DNA of 20,000 bases, taken from the IMG/VR virus record IMGVR_UViG_3300036857_000120, one strand, 5' to 3'. Position numbers and translations under genes: made by a program. The notes under the pieces are model-generated. The model saw nothing but the letters and a program-made list of their open reading frames with translations. It did no database searches and was not told the origin of the DNA. The stretch is from an uncultured virus (IMG/VR IMGVR_UViG_3300036857_000120). Its lineage: Duplodnaviria; Heunggongvirae; Uroviricota; Caudoviricetes. Positions 7,893 through 16,646 of the stretch are shown here, piece by piece (the stretch's first letter is position 1; every line of letters begins with the position of its first letter).

Positions 7893-8092
7893 GCTTGCGC
7901 CAGGTCCTCCTCCAGTCCGCGCGCGTGGCCGAGCTTCGTCATCGTGCCGACGATCTCGCGCGCGCCGCGCGTCCGCCCGCGCGCATCGTATTGACCGGCG
8001 ATCCCAAGCGCGATCGGCGGCGTCTCGGTCTCCTCCTCCTGGACGAGCGCCGCAAAAATGCGAAACTCCGCGCGACCATCGGAGAGGAGTGA
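7889..8092 (+). CDS. Small basic hypothetical protein
   Basis: ATGA overlap with the collagen stop, GGAG at 7877-7880; MSLRQVLLQSARVAELR...ATIGEE. Confidence 0.6.
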   Translation: MSLRQVLLQSARVAELRHRADDLARAARPPARIVLTGDPKRDRRRLGLLLLDERRKNAKLRATIGEE

Positions 8093-8095
8093 TCC

Positions 8096-8317
8096 ATGCG
8101 CGTGACCTGTCCATGCTGCAAAGGCGACAAGCGCCTCCCATTGCACGAGAACGTCGACGGCATTGTCATCGTGACGCTTCCATCGTGCGGCCATTGTCAA
8201 GGCGAGGGCACAATCGAGAGCGAGATCCTCGAGACCGAATGCGCCATCGTTTACAGCGACGGGAGCGTCGTCGAGACGACGGCGCGACTCGTCCCGCGCT
8301 ATCCGACGACGGAGTGA
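8096..8317 (+). CDS. Small zinc-finger protein (DnaJ-type CxxCxGxG-like pair)
   Basis: Strong SD GGAGAGGAG upstream; CPCCKGDK and CGHCQGEG. Confidence 0.7.
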   Translation: MRVTCPCCKGDKRLPLHENVDGIVIVTLPSCGHCQGEGTIESEILETECAIVYSDGSVVETTARLVPRYPTTE

Positions 8318-8321
8318 GCTC

Positions 8322-8984
8322 ATGCCGGAGGTCGATATCGACGTTATCACCGAGGCGACGACGCATGATTTGATCTCGCTCGCCGATCTTAAAATCATGC
8401 TCGACATTCCGGCCGGGGACACGTCGAACGATCAGCAACTCCAATTGTTGATCGAGCAAAATTCCGAGGCGATTGCGATGGAATGCAATCGCGTTTTCGG
8501 AAAGGAGGAGGTCGAGGAGCTCTGGCAATGCGTCGCCATCGAATGCTGTCCGGACGGCGCATCGAAAATCTGGCTCTCGCATTATCCGGTCGATCTCGTC
8601 GAGCCATTCACGGTCGAGAGCCCGCCCGGGACGGTCCTGGATCCGACCGCCTATCGGGTCGAGAAATGGTCGGGGAAATTGACGATCAAAGCCGGGACGT
8701 CGAGCTCGATCCTCGTCCATTACACCGGGGGCTTCGATCTGCCCGACGAGGCTCCCGGTCCGTTGCAACAGGCGACCGGCGTCCTCGTGCGAAAGTATCG
8801 CACCGAAGCCGCGGCGGCGAGCACGAGCGGGAGCGGCGTCCGCATGCTCGCGCACAAGGATTCGCGGGTCATCTATTTCTCGCCGAAGGACATGGCGGGC
8901 GGGACGACGACGAGCACCGGACCGAGCGTCGAGACCAGCGCGATCAAAAATCTCCTCTCGAAATACACGCGATATTTTATTTGA
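8322..8984 (+). CDS. Head-tail connector/adaptor (HK97 gp6 / SPP1 gp15-like)
   Basis: DLISLADLKIMLDI..D...DQQLQLLIEQNSEAIAMECNRVF, LSHYPV, VHYTGGF..P...P..LQQA and C-terminal IKNLLSKY; expected position after the head genes. Confidence 0.8.
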   Translation: MPEVDIDVITEATTHDLISLADLKIMLDIPAGDTSNDQQLQLLIEQNSEAIAMECNRVFGKEEVEELWQCVAIECCPDGASKIWLSHYPVDLVEPFTVESPPGTVLDPTAYRVEKWSGKLTIKAGTSSSILVHYTGGFDLPDEAPGPLQQATGVLVRKYRTEAAAASTSGSGVRMLAHKDSRVIYFSPKDMAGGTTTSTGPSVETSAIKNLLSKYTRYFI

Positions 8985-8994
8985 GGGAGACGGC

Positions 8995-9564
8995 ATGGAC
9001 GACTTCGGCGGAATGCCGACGATCATCCGCTTTACCAAGGCGGAGGCCGACGAGGCGATTGCGGCGGGCGACAAGCGATGGCAATTCGCACGCAACAGGA
9101 ATGCGCGAAACTACGGGATCGATCTCTCGCCGGAGGAGTGCAAGGAGAACCATCACGTCGGGTCCATCGGCGAATGGGTTTGCGCCGAATATTTCGGTCT
9201 GGAATTCGAGGGCGGGACCGATTTCGATTCCTATGAATCGCTGGTCGCTCCGGACTTGAAGATCATCGAGGTCCGCGCGCGCCGGATCCAATTCGGTTTG
9301 AATGCCGATCTCACCATTCGGCCCGACGACAAGATGCGGCTCCCGGTCGTCCTCGTGCGCGTATCGATGGAGCGGATGCTCGCCGAGATCGTCGGCTGGC
9401 TGTGCGGATGGGAAGCAATCGAGCGCGAGGATAAAATCTGGTACGGCCCGCGCCAGGTCTTCTATGTCCCGCCTCCGTATCATTCGGTCCTGTCGCTCGT
9501 GCAATGGCTCGCTTGCGGTCGCCGTCCGCATTGGTGCCCGGAGAAATATCGGAGCGTCGCCTAA
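8995..9564 (+). CDS. Hypothetical protein, possibly PD-(D/E)XK nuclease-like fold
   Basis: SD GAGGGAG. Pattern GSIGEWVCAEYFG ... APDLKIIEVRAR ... VVLVRV ... EIVGWL resembles E...PD...ExK, with R in place of K. Confidence 0.55.
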   Translation: MDDFGGMPTIIRFTKAEADEAIAAGDKRWQFARNRNARNYGIDLSPEECKENHHVGSIGEWVCAEYFGLEFEGGTDFDSYESLVAPDLKIIEVRARRIQFGLNADLTIRPDDKMRLPVVLVRVSMERMLAEIVGWLCGWEAIEREDKIWYGPRQVFYVPPPYHSVLSLVQWLACGRRPHWCPEKYRSVA

Positions 9565-10076
9565 TGCCGTTCCTGGTCGAGGTCAGCACGAACCTCCGCG
9601 ATCACGGACCAATCGTGCGGAGCGCGGTCGTCATGCTGTCGCAACGCATCCGGACGCGAAGCCGGAAGGACATTGCGGCGGCCGGTCATTTCGGGCGCTA
9701 CGCGAAAGGATTTAATACGAGCTTCAAGCGCATCTCCGGCGGATATGTCGTCGAGACCCAACTCCGTCCCGCGTTTCTCAAGGTCAAGGAATACGGCGGG
9801 GTCTCCATCGGTAAACCGTTTCTCTGGATTCCGAAGCCGCCGCTCCGGATCAAACTCCGCAAATACGGCGGCAAGCTCATTCGCCCGAAGGGCAAGCGCG
9901 TCCTAATCCGCCCGACCGACGGCGAGGTCATGTATATCGCGATCCCAAGCGTGACCCATCGCGCGGTGTTCCATCTCCGCCAGATCGAGAAGGAGGAGAC
10001 CGAGCGATTCGTCGTGAACATGAAGGAAGGGATCTATTCGGCGAAGACCCAGGAGACCGTCCGATTCGGAGGCTAA
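9564..10076 (+). CDS. Basic neck/tail-completion protein (DUF6441-like; positional equivalent of lambda Z / HK97 gp10)
   Basis: TAATG coupling. Lys/Arg-rich, with EYGGVSIGKPFLWIP. The function is inferred from position. Confidence 0.55.
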   Translation: MPFLVEVSTNLRDHGPIVRSAVVMLSQRIRTRSRKDIAAAGHFGRYAKGFNTSFKRISGGYVVETQLRPAFLKVKEYGGVSIGKPFLWIPKPPLRIKLRKYGGKLIRPKGKRVLIRPTDGEVMYIAIPSVTHRAVFHLRQIEKEETERFVVNMKEGIYSAKTQETVRFGG

Positions 10077-10080
10077 CGCG

Positions 10081-10449
10081 ATGCTCTACAATCTCCAGGA
10101 CGATCTCTATCTCAAAGTCTGGGCGGTCTGGGCGCGGCCGGTCACCGTCACGCCGACGATCTCGCAACCCGCGCAACCGGCCTATGGCGGGCGTGGCTAT
10201 TACGATCAAAAGTCGCTCGACATTCTGGCGGAGAATGGCGCGATCATCTCCGACGGCGAGACCTATCTCGACATTCTCGAAAGCGAGTATCCGGTCCTGC
10301 CGATGCAAGGCGACCAGATCGATATCCCATTCCACCAAGGCGTGCGCGGCGGGACATTCAAGGTCCTCGATCTCACCCCGGGCAACGCCGGCGGGATGAT
10401 TACGATCACGCTCCGCAAGATCGTCACCGACAAACCGGCCACGCCATGA
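10081..10449 (+). CDS. Head-tail joining / head-closure protein (lambda FII-like)
   Basis: 122 aa, beta-rich pattern RPVTVTP...RGYYD...P.QGDQIDI....FKVLD...GG.ITITL; position in the neck cluster. Confidence 0.65.
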   Translation: MLYNLQDDLYLKVWAVWARPVTVTPTISQPAQPAYGGRGYYDQKSLDILAENGAIISDGETYLDILESEYPVLPMQGDQIDIPFHQGVRGGTFKVLDLTPGNAGGMITITLRKIVTDKPATP

Positions 10450-11078
10450 ACGCTCCGGTCCCGATCAATCCAAACGGCCACTATGCAAATTCCCGGTCCT
10501 GGATGATCCAGGGCGTTTTCCTGGAACGGTTGAAGCTCGTTCCGCCGTTCTCGACCGACGTCGCGAAATTCTGTCGGACCGTCGCGCTCCCGATCCAGGA
10601 GGAGCACTTGCCGCGTCTCGGCGTCTATCTCATGCCCGACGACAGTTTCGACGCGCTCAACGGGCCGCAAGGCAATCTCGGCCATCCGCATATGCGATGG
10701 AAGACGACACTCGGTTTCTCTTACATCGTGGTCAATAACGATCCGGAGATGACCGAATACGCGCTCGATATCGGATACTGGTCGATCCTCGCACTGTTGC
10801 ATGATCCGGCATGGGCCAAGTGGCCGGGGACCGATGATCCGATGATTAACGGCATATCGGGCGGCGCGTCGCGCAAGGTCTATGGCATGGCGGGCAAGCA
10901 GAACGAGACTCCCATCGGCGAGATGCAGATGGAGCTCGTCGTCCATCACGAGTGGATATTCGAGCCAATCGTGAACGATGTTTTCCAAGCGATGCATTCG
11001 CAACTCGTCCTCCCCGGCGACGATCCGGATAATCCGCAACGTCCGCCCGTCGTCACCGAATGGACCCTGGACCAGTAG
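10446..11078 (+). CDS. Putative tail terminator protein
   Basis: ATGA coupling; LPIQEEHLPRLGVY motif; lies just before the DUF2635-like and sheath genes, as in Mu-like tails. Confidence 0.55.
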   Translation: MNAPVPINPNGHYANSRSWMIQGVFLERLKLVPPFSTDVAKFCRTVALPIQEEHLPRLGVYLMPDDSFDALNGPQGNLGHPHMRWKTTLGFSYIVVNNDPEMTEYALDIGYWSILALLHDPAWAKWPGTDDPMINGISGGASRKVYGMAGKQNETPIGEMQMELVVHHEWIFEPIVNDVFQAMHSQLVLPGDDPDNPQRPPVVTEWTLDQ

Positions 11079-11092
11079 AGAGGAGAAAACAG

Positions 11093-11479
11093 ATGGATCT
11101 CATGCAACGCTATCCGGTCAGCGGTCGCCCGCGGCTCCGGGATCGCCATACGGGCTTGACGCGCCCGTCGCATATCCGCGTCCGCGCGGCGAACGAGCGC
11201 ATCCGATTGGCGATGAAGCACGGCGTCACTGGCGTCGGCTTCATGCCCGATATCGGGCAATCGGTCGAATGGCCTTTCGATCAATTCACGAAGCGCCGGA
11301 TCTTGAAGGGCGACGTCACAATCGACGAGGGCGCATCCGGCGGCGAGGCCGCGGCCGAAATATTCAAGCGGCACAAGATCACGGTCAAGACCGAGAACAG
11401 AAACGACGCCGAGCAACCGCACGGACGTTCGCCGCGCCGAAAGACCGCGGAGACCTTGCCGCCGAGCTCCTCGACGTAA
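11093..11479 (+). CDS. DUF2635-like (Mu gp38-like) small tail-region protein
   Basis: SD GAGGAG before ATG 11093. GQSVEWPFDQFTKRRILKGDVTI resembles the RRLxxGDV signature, and the gene directly precedes the sheath. Confidence 0.65.
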   Translation: MDLMQRYPVSGRPRLRDRHTGLTRPSHIRVRAANERIRLAMKHGVTGVGFMPDIGQSVEWPFDQFTKRRILKGDVTIDEGASGGEAAAEIFKRHKITVKTENRNDAEQPHGRSPRRKTAETLPPSSST

Positions 11480-11500
11480 TCCGACTCGAGTCGAGTCGGA
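11480..11500. repeat. Perfect 10-bp inverted repeat with 1-nt centre
   Basis: TCCGACTCGA-G-TCGAGTCGGA. Confidence 0.85.
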
Positions 11501-11508
11501 ATTCATCC

Positions 11509-11543
11509 GGCCCGTCGTGAGACGCGCCATTCCCATGATGGAG
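11509..11543 (+). promoter_or_regulatory. Conserved leader stem-loop plus SD, copy 1 (sheath)
   Basis: GGC-C-CGTC-GTGA-GACG-C-GCC then ATTCCC...GATGGAG; near-identical element at 13222-13259. Confidence 0.65.
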
Positions 11544-11550
11544 ACAAACC

Positions 11551-13155
11551 ATGCCGATCTCTTTTGATGCCATTCCCGCTCAATGGCGCATGCCGCTTTT
11601 CTGGGCCGAGGTCGACCCGTCGATGGCGGGGCTTCCGATTGTGCGCGACCCGATCCTCCTGGTCGGATCGATGATCGCGGACCCGACCGACACGACGATT
11701 TATCCGACGCCGGATCCGGCGCTCCCCACGGGCGTCGTGCCAGGTATCGCCGTGCCGAACATTCCAAAGCCCATCGGCACGCAAGCGCAAGCAGATCGCG
11801 AGTACGGGATGGGGAGCGAGCTTGCTTCCATGTTCGCCGCATGCGTCGCGAACAATTTCGCGCACGAGACATGGTGCCTGCCGGTCGCGCCGCTCGCGGG
11901 ATCGGAGGCGTCGTCGGGAACGATCACCGTCGTCGCGCCGGCGACCGAGGCCGGGATGATCCATCTCTATATCGCCGGTCATCACGTCGGGATCGCCATC
12001 GGCACGACCGATCTCATTGCGGATATCGCGACGCAACTCGCCGCGGCGATCAACGCCAATCCGAAATTGCCGGTCGTCGCGACCTCTGCGGCGGCGGTCG
12101 TCACGTTGACGGCGAAGACGCGCGGAGACAACGGCGACGATATCACCGTGCAACTCAATTTCTACGGCAAGATCGGCGGCCAGGAATTGCCGCCCGGGTG
12201 TCAACTCACGTTGCCCGCGACCGGCCGCTTGACCGGCGGCGGCGGCGTGCCCGACTTCACCGTCGCGATCTCCAATCTCGGCGAGCATGCTTACGAGTAC
12301 GTCGCGCTTCCTCACACCGACTCGAATACGCTGTTCGATTGGGAACAGGAATTCGGCTTTGAGGATATCGGCCGCTGGGGCTGGATGCGTCAGCTATACG
12401 GAATGATCTTCTGTGCCAAGCGCGGCGAATATTCCGACCTCCTCCTGTGGGGAGATCCGATCACTGGCGCGACGCCGAACTTCGGACCGATCTCGGTCAT
12501 GGGCGTCGAGGAGACCGCGGCCTCGCCGGTCTATGAATGGTGCGCGGCCTATTGCGCGAAGGCCGCGCGCGCGTTGACCAATGATCCGGCGCGCCCGCTC
12601 CAGACGTTGAAGCTCAACAAGATCCTGCCGTGCCAGCGGGAGGATTCATTCATCCTGCCGGAGTTGAATTCGCTCTCCGGCGTCGGGATCGCCACGCAAA
12701 AGATCGGCTCCGACGGACAGCCGATGGTCATGCGCGATACGACGACCTATCAACTCAATCTCTACGGCCAGAGCGACGATGCCTATGAGCTTGTGACGAC
12801 CATGTCGACGCTTGCGCGGATCATCCGCAATCAGCGCCAGGTCATTACGTCGAAATTCCCGCGACACAAGCTCGCGAATGACGGGACCAGATTCGGCGTT
12901 GGTCAAAAGATCGTCACGCCGAAGATCGTCAAGGCGGAACTCGTCTCGCAGTATCGGATCGACGAATTCAACGGCCTCGTCGAAGACGTCGCGTCGTTCA
13001 AGGATCATCTCATTGTCGAGCGCGATCCCAACAATCCGAACAGGCTCAACGTCCTGTGGCCGCCCGATCTCGTGAATCAGCTGCGCGTGTATGCGGTCCT
13101 CGTTCAATTCAGACTGCAATACAACCGCGGCCAGGATCTCGAGGTCATTCGCTAG
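11551..13155 (+). CDS. Contractile tail sheath protein (Mu gpL-like)
   Basis: MPISFDAIPAQWRMPLFWAEVD, YGMGSELASM, GRWGWMRQLYG, DPARPLQTL, TTTYQLN.YG..DDAY, KFPRHKLANDGTRFG.GQ.IVTP and VERDPNNPNRLNVLWPPDLVNQLRV. Confidence 0.95.
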   Translation: MPISFDAIPAQWRMPLFWAEVDPSMAGLPIVRDPILLVGSMIADPTDTTIYPTPDPALPTGVVPGIAVPNIPKPIGTQAQADREYGMGSELASMFAACVANNFAHETWCLPVAPLAGSEASSGTITVVAPATEAGMIHLYIAGHHVGIAIGTTDLIADIATQLAAAINANPKLPVVATSAAAVVTLTAKTRGDNGDDITVQLNFYGKIGGQELPPGCQLTLPATGRLTGGGGVPDFTVAISNLGEHAYEYVALPHTDSNTLFDWEQEFGFEDIGRWGWMRQLYGMIFCAKRGEYSDLLLWGDPITGATPNFGPISVMGVEETAASPVYEWCAAYCAKAARALTNDPARPLQTLKLNKILPCQREDSFILPELNSLSGVGIATQKIGSDGQPMVMRDTTTYQLNLYGQSDDAYELVTTMSTLARIIRNQRQVITSKFPRHKLANDGTRFGVGQKIVTPKIVKAELVSQYRIDEFNGLVEDVASFKDHLIVERDPNNPNRLNVLWPPDLVNQLRVYAVLVQFRLQYNRGQDLEVIR

Positions 13156-13221
13156 AGTCGCTTCGACTCCAGCGCCCGCGCGCTGGTAACGCAAACGGCC
13201 CGACGCGGGACAGGGCCGCTC

Positions 13222-13259
13222 GCCCCGTCGTGATGACGCGGCAATCCCGATAGATGGAG
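13222..13259 (+). promoter_or_regulatory. Conserved leader stem-loop plus SD, copy 2 (tube)
   Basis: GCC-C-CGTC-GTGAT-GACG-C-GGC then AATCCC...GATGGAG. Confidence 0.65.
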
Positions 13260-13267
13260 GTCCCACT

Positions 13268-13654
13268 ATGGCGCAAGCAGTCGCCGGAACGGCATTCTTC
13301 AAGGTCAACGGGAATCAACTCCCGTTGCGCGGCAACTTCACGGTCTCCTCCTCGCCCATCGAGCGGACAATGTTGGCGGGCCAGGATTACGTCCATGGCT
13401 ACCAGGAGCTTCCCCGCGTCCCCTGGATCGAGGGCGACGTGACGACGACGCAAGAATTGTCGCTCGAGGTCCTCGACGCGATGGTCGACGTCACCGTCAC
13501 GGCCGAACTTATCAACGGCAAGGTCTATGTTCTCAAGGAGGCGGCTTGCAAATCCGCCTTCGAAAACAATACGAGAGAGGGCCAGATCCGCGTCAAATTC
13601 GAGGGGACCTCGTGCGAGGAGATCGGAGGGGTCGGAGCCGGGATCGGCGCGTAA
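13268..13654 (+). CDS. Tail tube protein (Mu gpM-like)
   Basis: AGTAFFKVNGNQLPLRG, GQDYVHGYQELPRVPWIEG, TVTAELINGKVYVL and EGQIRVKFEG; follows the sheath. Confidence 0.92.
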   Translation: MAQAVAGTAFFKVNGNQLPLRGNFTVSSSPIERTMLAGQDYVHGYQELPRVPWIEGDVTTTQELSLEVLDAMVDVTVTAELINGKVYVLKEAACKSAFENNTREGQIRVKFEGTSCEEIGGVGAGIGA

Positions 13655-13680
13655 CATCGGCAACGTAACGGAGGACACGA

Positions 13681-14163
13681 ATGAACGAAATGAACCGACC
13701 GCCCGTCGAGGGCGAGCCCGTCATCCATCGCACCGACGCATTGAGGCCCGACATTCCCGAAGCGCCGCCGAAGCCCGCGGCGGCGCAACCGCCAGAGCGG
13801 CCGGAGGACACGGTCGACTTCGGCGAGGACGAGGATCGGGAGTTGACGCCGGAGGAGATCGAACGAAAGGAGGCGATGGAGGATCCGCTGGCCTATCCGT
13901 TGTCGCGGCCGATCCAGGCGCACGGCGAGGAGATCAAGATCCTCCGATGGCGCGAGCCGACGGGGGCCGATATCGAGAAGGCGGGCAACCCGATCTCGAT
14001 TGAGGTCATCCCCGACACCGGACGTTATCGCGTCGCCTTCGACGAGAAAAAAATGGCCGCGATGATCTGCCAGCTTGCGTCGATCCCGCCGCATAGCGTG
14101 CGCTCGCTCCGGGCCGGAGACTGGACCGCCATCGCGACGAAAATCTTCCGTTTTTTCGCATGA
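13681..14163 (+). CDS. Tail assembly chaperone (Mu gp41 / P2 E-like)
   Basis: SD GGAGG; LSRPIQAHGEEIKILRWREPTGADI...LASIPPHSVRSLRAGDW...FF; lies between tube and tape measure. Confidence 0.85.
   Translation: MNEMNRPPVEGEPVIHRTDALRPDIPEAPPKPAAAQPPERPEDTVDFGEDEDRELTPEEIERKEAMEDPLAYPLSRPIQAHGEEIKILRWREPTGADIEKAGNPISIEVIPDTGRYRVAFDEKKMAAMICQLASIPPHSVRSLRAGDWTAIATKIFRFFA
14151..14157 (+). other. Putative -1 programmed ribosomal frameshift site T TTT TTC
   Basis: Codons CGT TTT TTC GCA TGA give an X XXY YYZ heptamer. The -1 frame continues without a stop into ORF 14160-14351. Confidence 0.7.
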
Positions 14164-14351
14164 TGGTCGGAGGCGCGAGGCCCGACGATATCATCCTCTC
14201 CTGTTACAAGCTCGCCCGCCACTATCATCTCGATCCGGAAATCATCCTCCATAAACCGTTGAGCGACGTGCAACGCATGGTCGCCTGGACGAACCGGATG
14301 GAGGAGGAGATCGCGGCGGAGCAAGAGGCGCAGCAACGGATGCGCGATTGA
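14160..14351 (+). CDS. Tail chaperone C-terminal extension (gpGT / E+E'-type frameshift product, or small coupled ORF)
   Basis: -1 frame relative to 13681-14163; CYKLARHYHLDPEIILHKPLSDV; ends 3 nt before the first tape-measure-like gene. Confidence 0.75.
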   Translation: MMVGGARPDDIILSCYKLARHYHLDPEIILHKPLSDVQRMVAWTNRMEEEIAAEQEAQQRMRD

Positions 14352-14354
14352 GCG

Positions 14355-16640
14355 ATGGCGCAAGAACAGACCATAGAGATCAAAGTCCAGTTAAGGGACG
14401 AGATCAGCAGGGCGGCGGAGCAAGCGGTCGCCAAGCTCCTCCGCTTGAACCAGGTCGATACGTCGCGCTCGACGTCGGCGATGGACAAGCTCGGCCGCGC
14501 GGCGGCGTTCGCCGGTCGGGAGATCAGGGCGATCTCGACCATTACCGGCGTCGGCGGAATTCTCGGCGCGGGCGGGATCGTCGCCGGTCTGGTCGCGGCC
14601 AAGCGATCCCTGGACGAATTCGCGCAAAGCGGAATGCGGATGCATTTCACGGCGCGCGAGCTTCGCGTCTCCGAGGGATTTCTCCGCGACTACACCGACG
14701 CATTGAAGGCCGTCGGCCAGAGCGAGGGCGAGGCCGCGAGCGGGATCCAGAGCGGGCTCCGCACACTGGAGGAGGCATGGACCGAGGGCAAAGGCTCTCG
14801 CATGTTCAAGGAGCTCGAGAAGGGCGTCGGCGATAGCGGGACCCGTCTGTTCCGCGATCTCATGCAATCCTACGGACGCGACGGTCCGGAGAAGGCGTTG
14901 CAACTCGCGCTCGACCGCATGGAGCGGATGAACCCGCGCGCGCAAGCGGCGTTCATGAAGACCATGGGATTCGGAACGGTCGGCGCGACCGAACTCCGAA
15001 AGATATTGCCGCAACTCGTCCCCGTCATCCGCATGTCGAAGGACGAGATGCTCCGGTACAACGTCGCGAACATCAATCTGGAACGGACCTGGGGCAACAT
15101 CAAAACGACAGTCGGGAATGCGCTCCTCCCGGCGTTTACCGAATTGACCAAGGCGGTCGACGAATATCTCCGCACGCCCGCGGGCAAGCAATTTCTCGAG
15201 GATATCAAACGATGGGCGACCAGCATGGCGGAGTATGTCCGCTCGCAAGGTTTTGCCGATCGGATGAAGGCGATCACCGAAGGGAGCGAGAAGCTCGTCA
15301 CCGATCTCGGCGCGGCGTTCGCCGCGGCCGACAAGGTCGTGCAAGATATGGGCGCGTCGTGGGTCGGAATATTCGAGGCCCTCGCGGCGACAAAAATCAT
15401 CACATGGCTATTCGGTTTTGGGAACGCATTGCGCTTTATCGCGCCAATGGCCGGGGTCATTGCCGCGCTGACCTGGATCCTCCGCGACCCCGAAGGCGCG
15501 GCCAAAAAATTTAAGGAATTTCGCGACTTCAATCGCAAGTCGCTTGAGGAATTGAAAAAGGAACGACCGCAGGACCCGCGCGACCTGTTCCAGACGGAGG
15601 GACCGGCCGGAGGTGTCGGGACGATCCTGCAATTGTTTTGGGACCTGTTCAAAGGGAACATCGATCTATTCCCGGAGAAGAAAAGGACCGGCGCGCTCGC
15701 GCCCGCGGGCGAGGAGAAGGGCACAATCGAGAAGCTCGCCGAGGCGGCGCAAGTCCGCTCCGCGACCGGAGGTCTAAAGGACAAGCTCGCCAATCTCGAC
15801 GACGAGCTCGCGCAATTGACCGGCTTCCTCATGATTGGAGGTCCGGACGGGACGGCGGGATCGAGCGGATATGGCGCGGGTCTCGGCGGCGAATTGAGCC
15901 GCGGCGCTTACGACACGATGTTTAAGCGAGGGCCGATGGCGGGGCAGTATGACGCCATCGTCGCCGCGGCGGCGCGCCAGGATATCTCGCCGTCATTGCT
16001 GGCCGGGATCATGGCGCTGGAATCGAAAGCGCCACAAGGCGGCCCGTTCGGAATGAGCCGCGCGACGACGACGTTCCTGAATCCCGGCGGTCTCATGGGC
16101 GGCGGGCGCGGCAATCGGACATTCATGAACTTTCCGAGCATCGAGGCCGGGATCGATAAGACGGCGGCGGTCGTCGCGAAAAATCTCCAGGCGGGCGGCG
16201 GCACATTCGAGGGGCTCGCCGAAAAATACTCGCCGTCGAAAAATCCGAAAACCGGTCTGCCATATCCAAACGATCCGCACGGCACCAATCGGCTTTGGCC
16301 GAGTCTCGTTTCGAAATTCACGTCGCAGCTCACGGATCGCGGCTTTGATCCAGGCGGGCTCCAGGACGCCGTGCCCTATACTGGCGGAAGCGCCTCGACA
16401 TTCGATGATCGTTTCGGGACGTGGAACGATGCGACACTCCGGCTCAATCACAACATCGCGCGCGCGGACGGCGCATATAAGGGGAGCGGCGAGGTCGATA
16501 TCGATATCAGCAACGTCGCGGCCTCGCCCGACGCCAGCAATCCCTCGACCCTGTTCCGGCCGTTGATCCAGGAGAAGACGCCGCAGATGGCCGCGTCCGG
16601 AAACGACCGGTCGGTCCCGTCCTATTTCAATCAGGCATGA
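14355..16640 (+). CDS. Tape-measure-like protein 1 with a C-terminal glucosaminidase (GH73) / lysozyme-like domain
   Basis: Position after the chaperones; helical Ala/Leu-rich N-half with hydrophobic segments. At about 15940-16320: IVAAAARQDISPSLLAGIMALES, NPGGLM, FPSIEAGI and LAEKYSP...NDPHGTNRLW. Confidence 0.8.
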   Translation: MAQEQTIEIKVQLRDEISRAAEQAVAKLLRLNQVDTSRSTSAMDKLGRAAAFAGREIRAISTITGVGGILGAGGIVAGLVAAKRSLDEFAQSGMRMHFTARELRVSEGFLRDYTDALKAVGQSEGEAASGIQSGLRTLEEAWTEGKGSRMFKELEKGVGDSGTRLFRDLMQSYGRDGPEKALQLALDRMERMNPRAQAAFMKTMGFGTVGATELRKILPQLVPVIRMSKDEMLRYNVANINLERTWGNIKTTVGNALLPAFTELTKAVDEYLRTPAGKQFLEDIKRWATSMAEYVRSQGFADRMKAITEGSEKLVTDLGAAFAAADKVVQDMGASWVGIFEALAATKIITWLFGFGNALRFIAPMAGVIAALTWILRDPEGAAKKFKEFRDFNRKSLEELKKERPQDPRDLFQTEGPAGGVGTILQLFWDLFKGNIDLFPEKKRTGALAPAGEEKGTIEKLAEAAQVRSATGGLKDKLANLDDELAQLTGFLMIGGPDGTAGSSGYGAGLGGELSRGAYDTMFKRGPMAGQYDAIVAAAARQDISPSLLAGIMALESKAPQGGPFGMSRATTTFLNPGGLMGGGRGNRTFMNFPSIEAGIDKTAAVVAKNLQAGGGTFEGLAEKYSPSKNPKTGLPYPNDPHGTNRLWPSLVSKFTSQLTDRGFDPGGLQDAVPYTGGSASTFDDRFGTWNDATLRLNHNIARADGAYKGSGEVDIDISNVAASPDASNPSTLFRPLIQEKTPQMAASGNDRSVPSYFNQA

Positions 16641-16646
16641 TGCGCC

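Noticed and set aside
14349..16640. Genome-wide TGA reassignment
   Set aside because: TGA ends several genes at ATGA overlaps and does not interrupt conserved domains, so the standard code fits.
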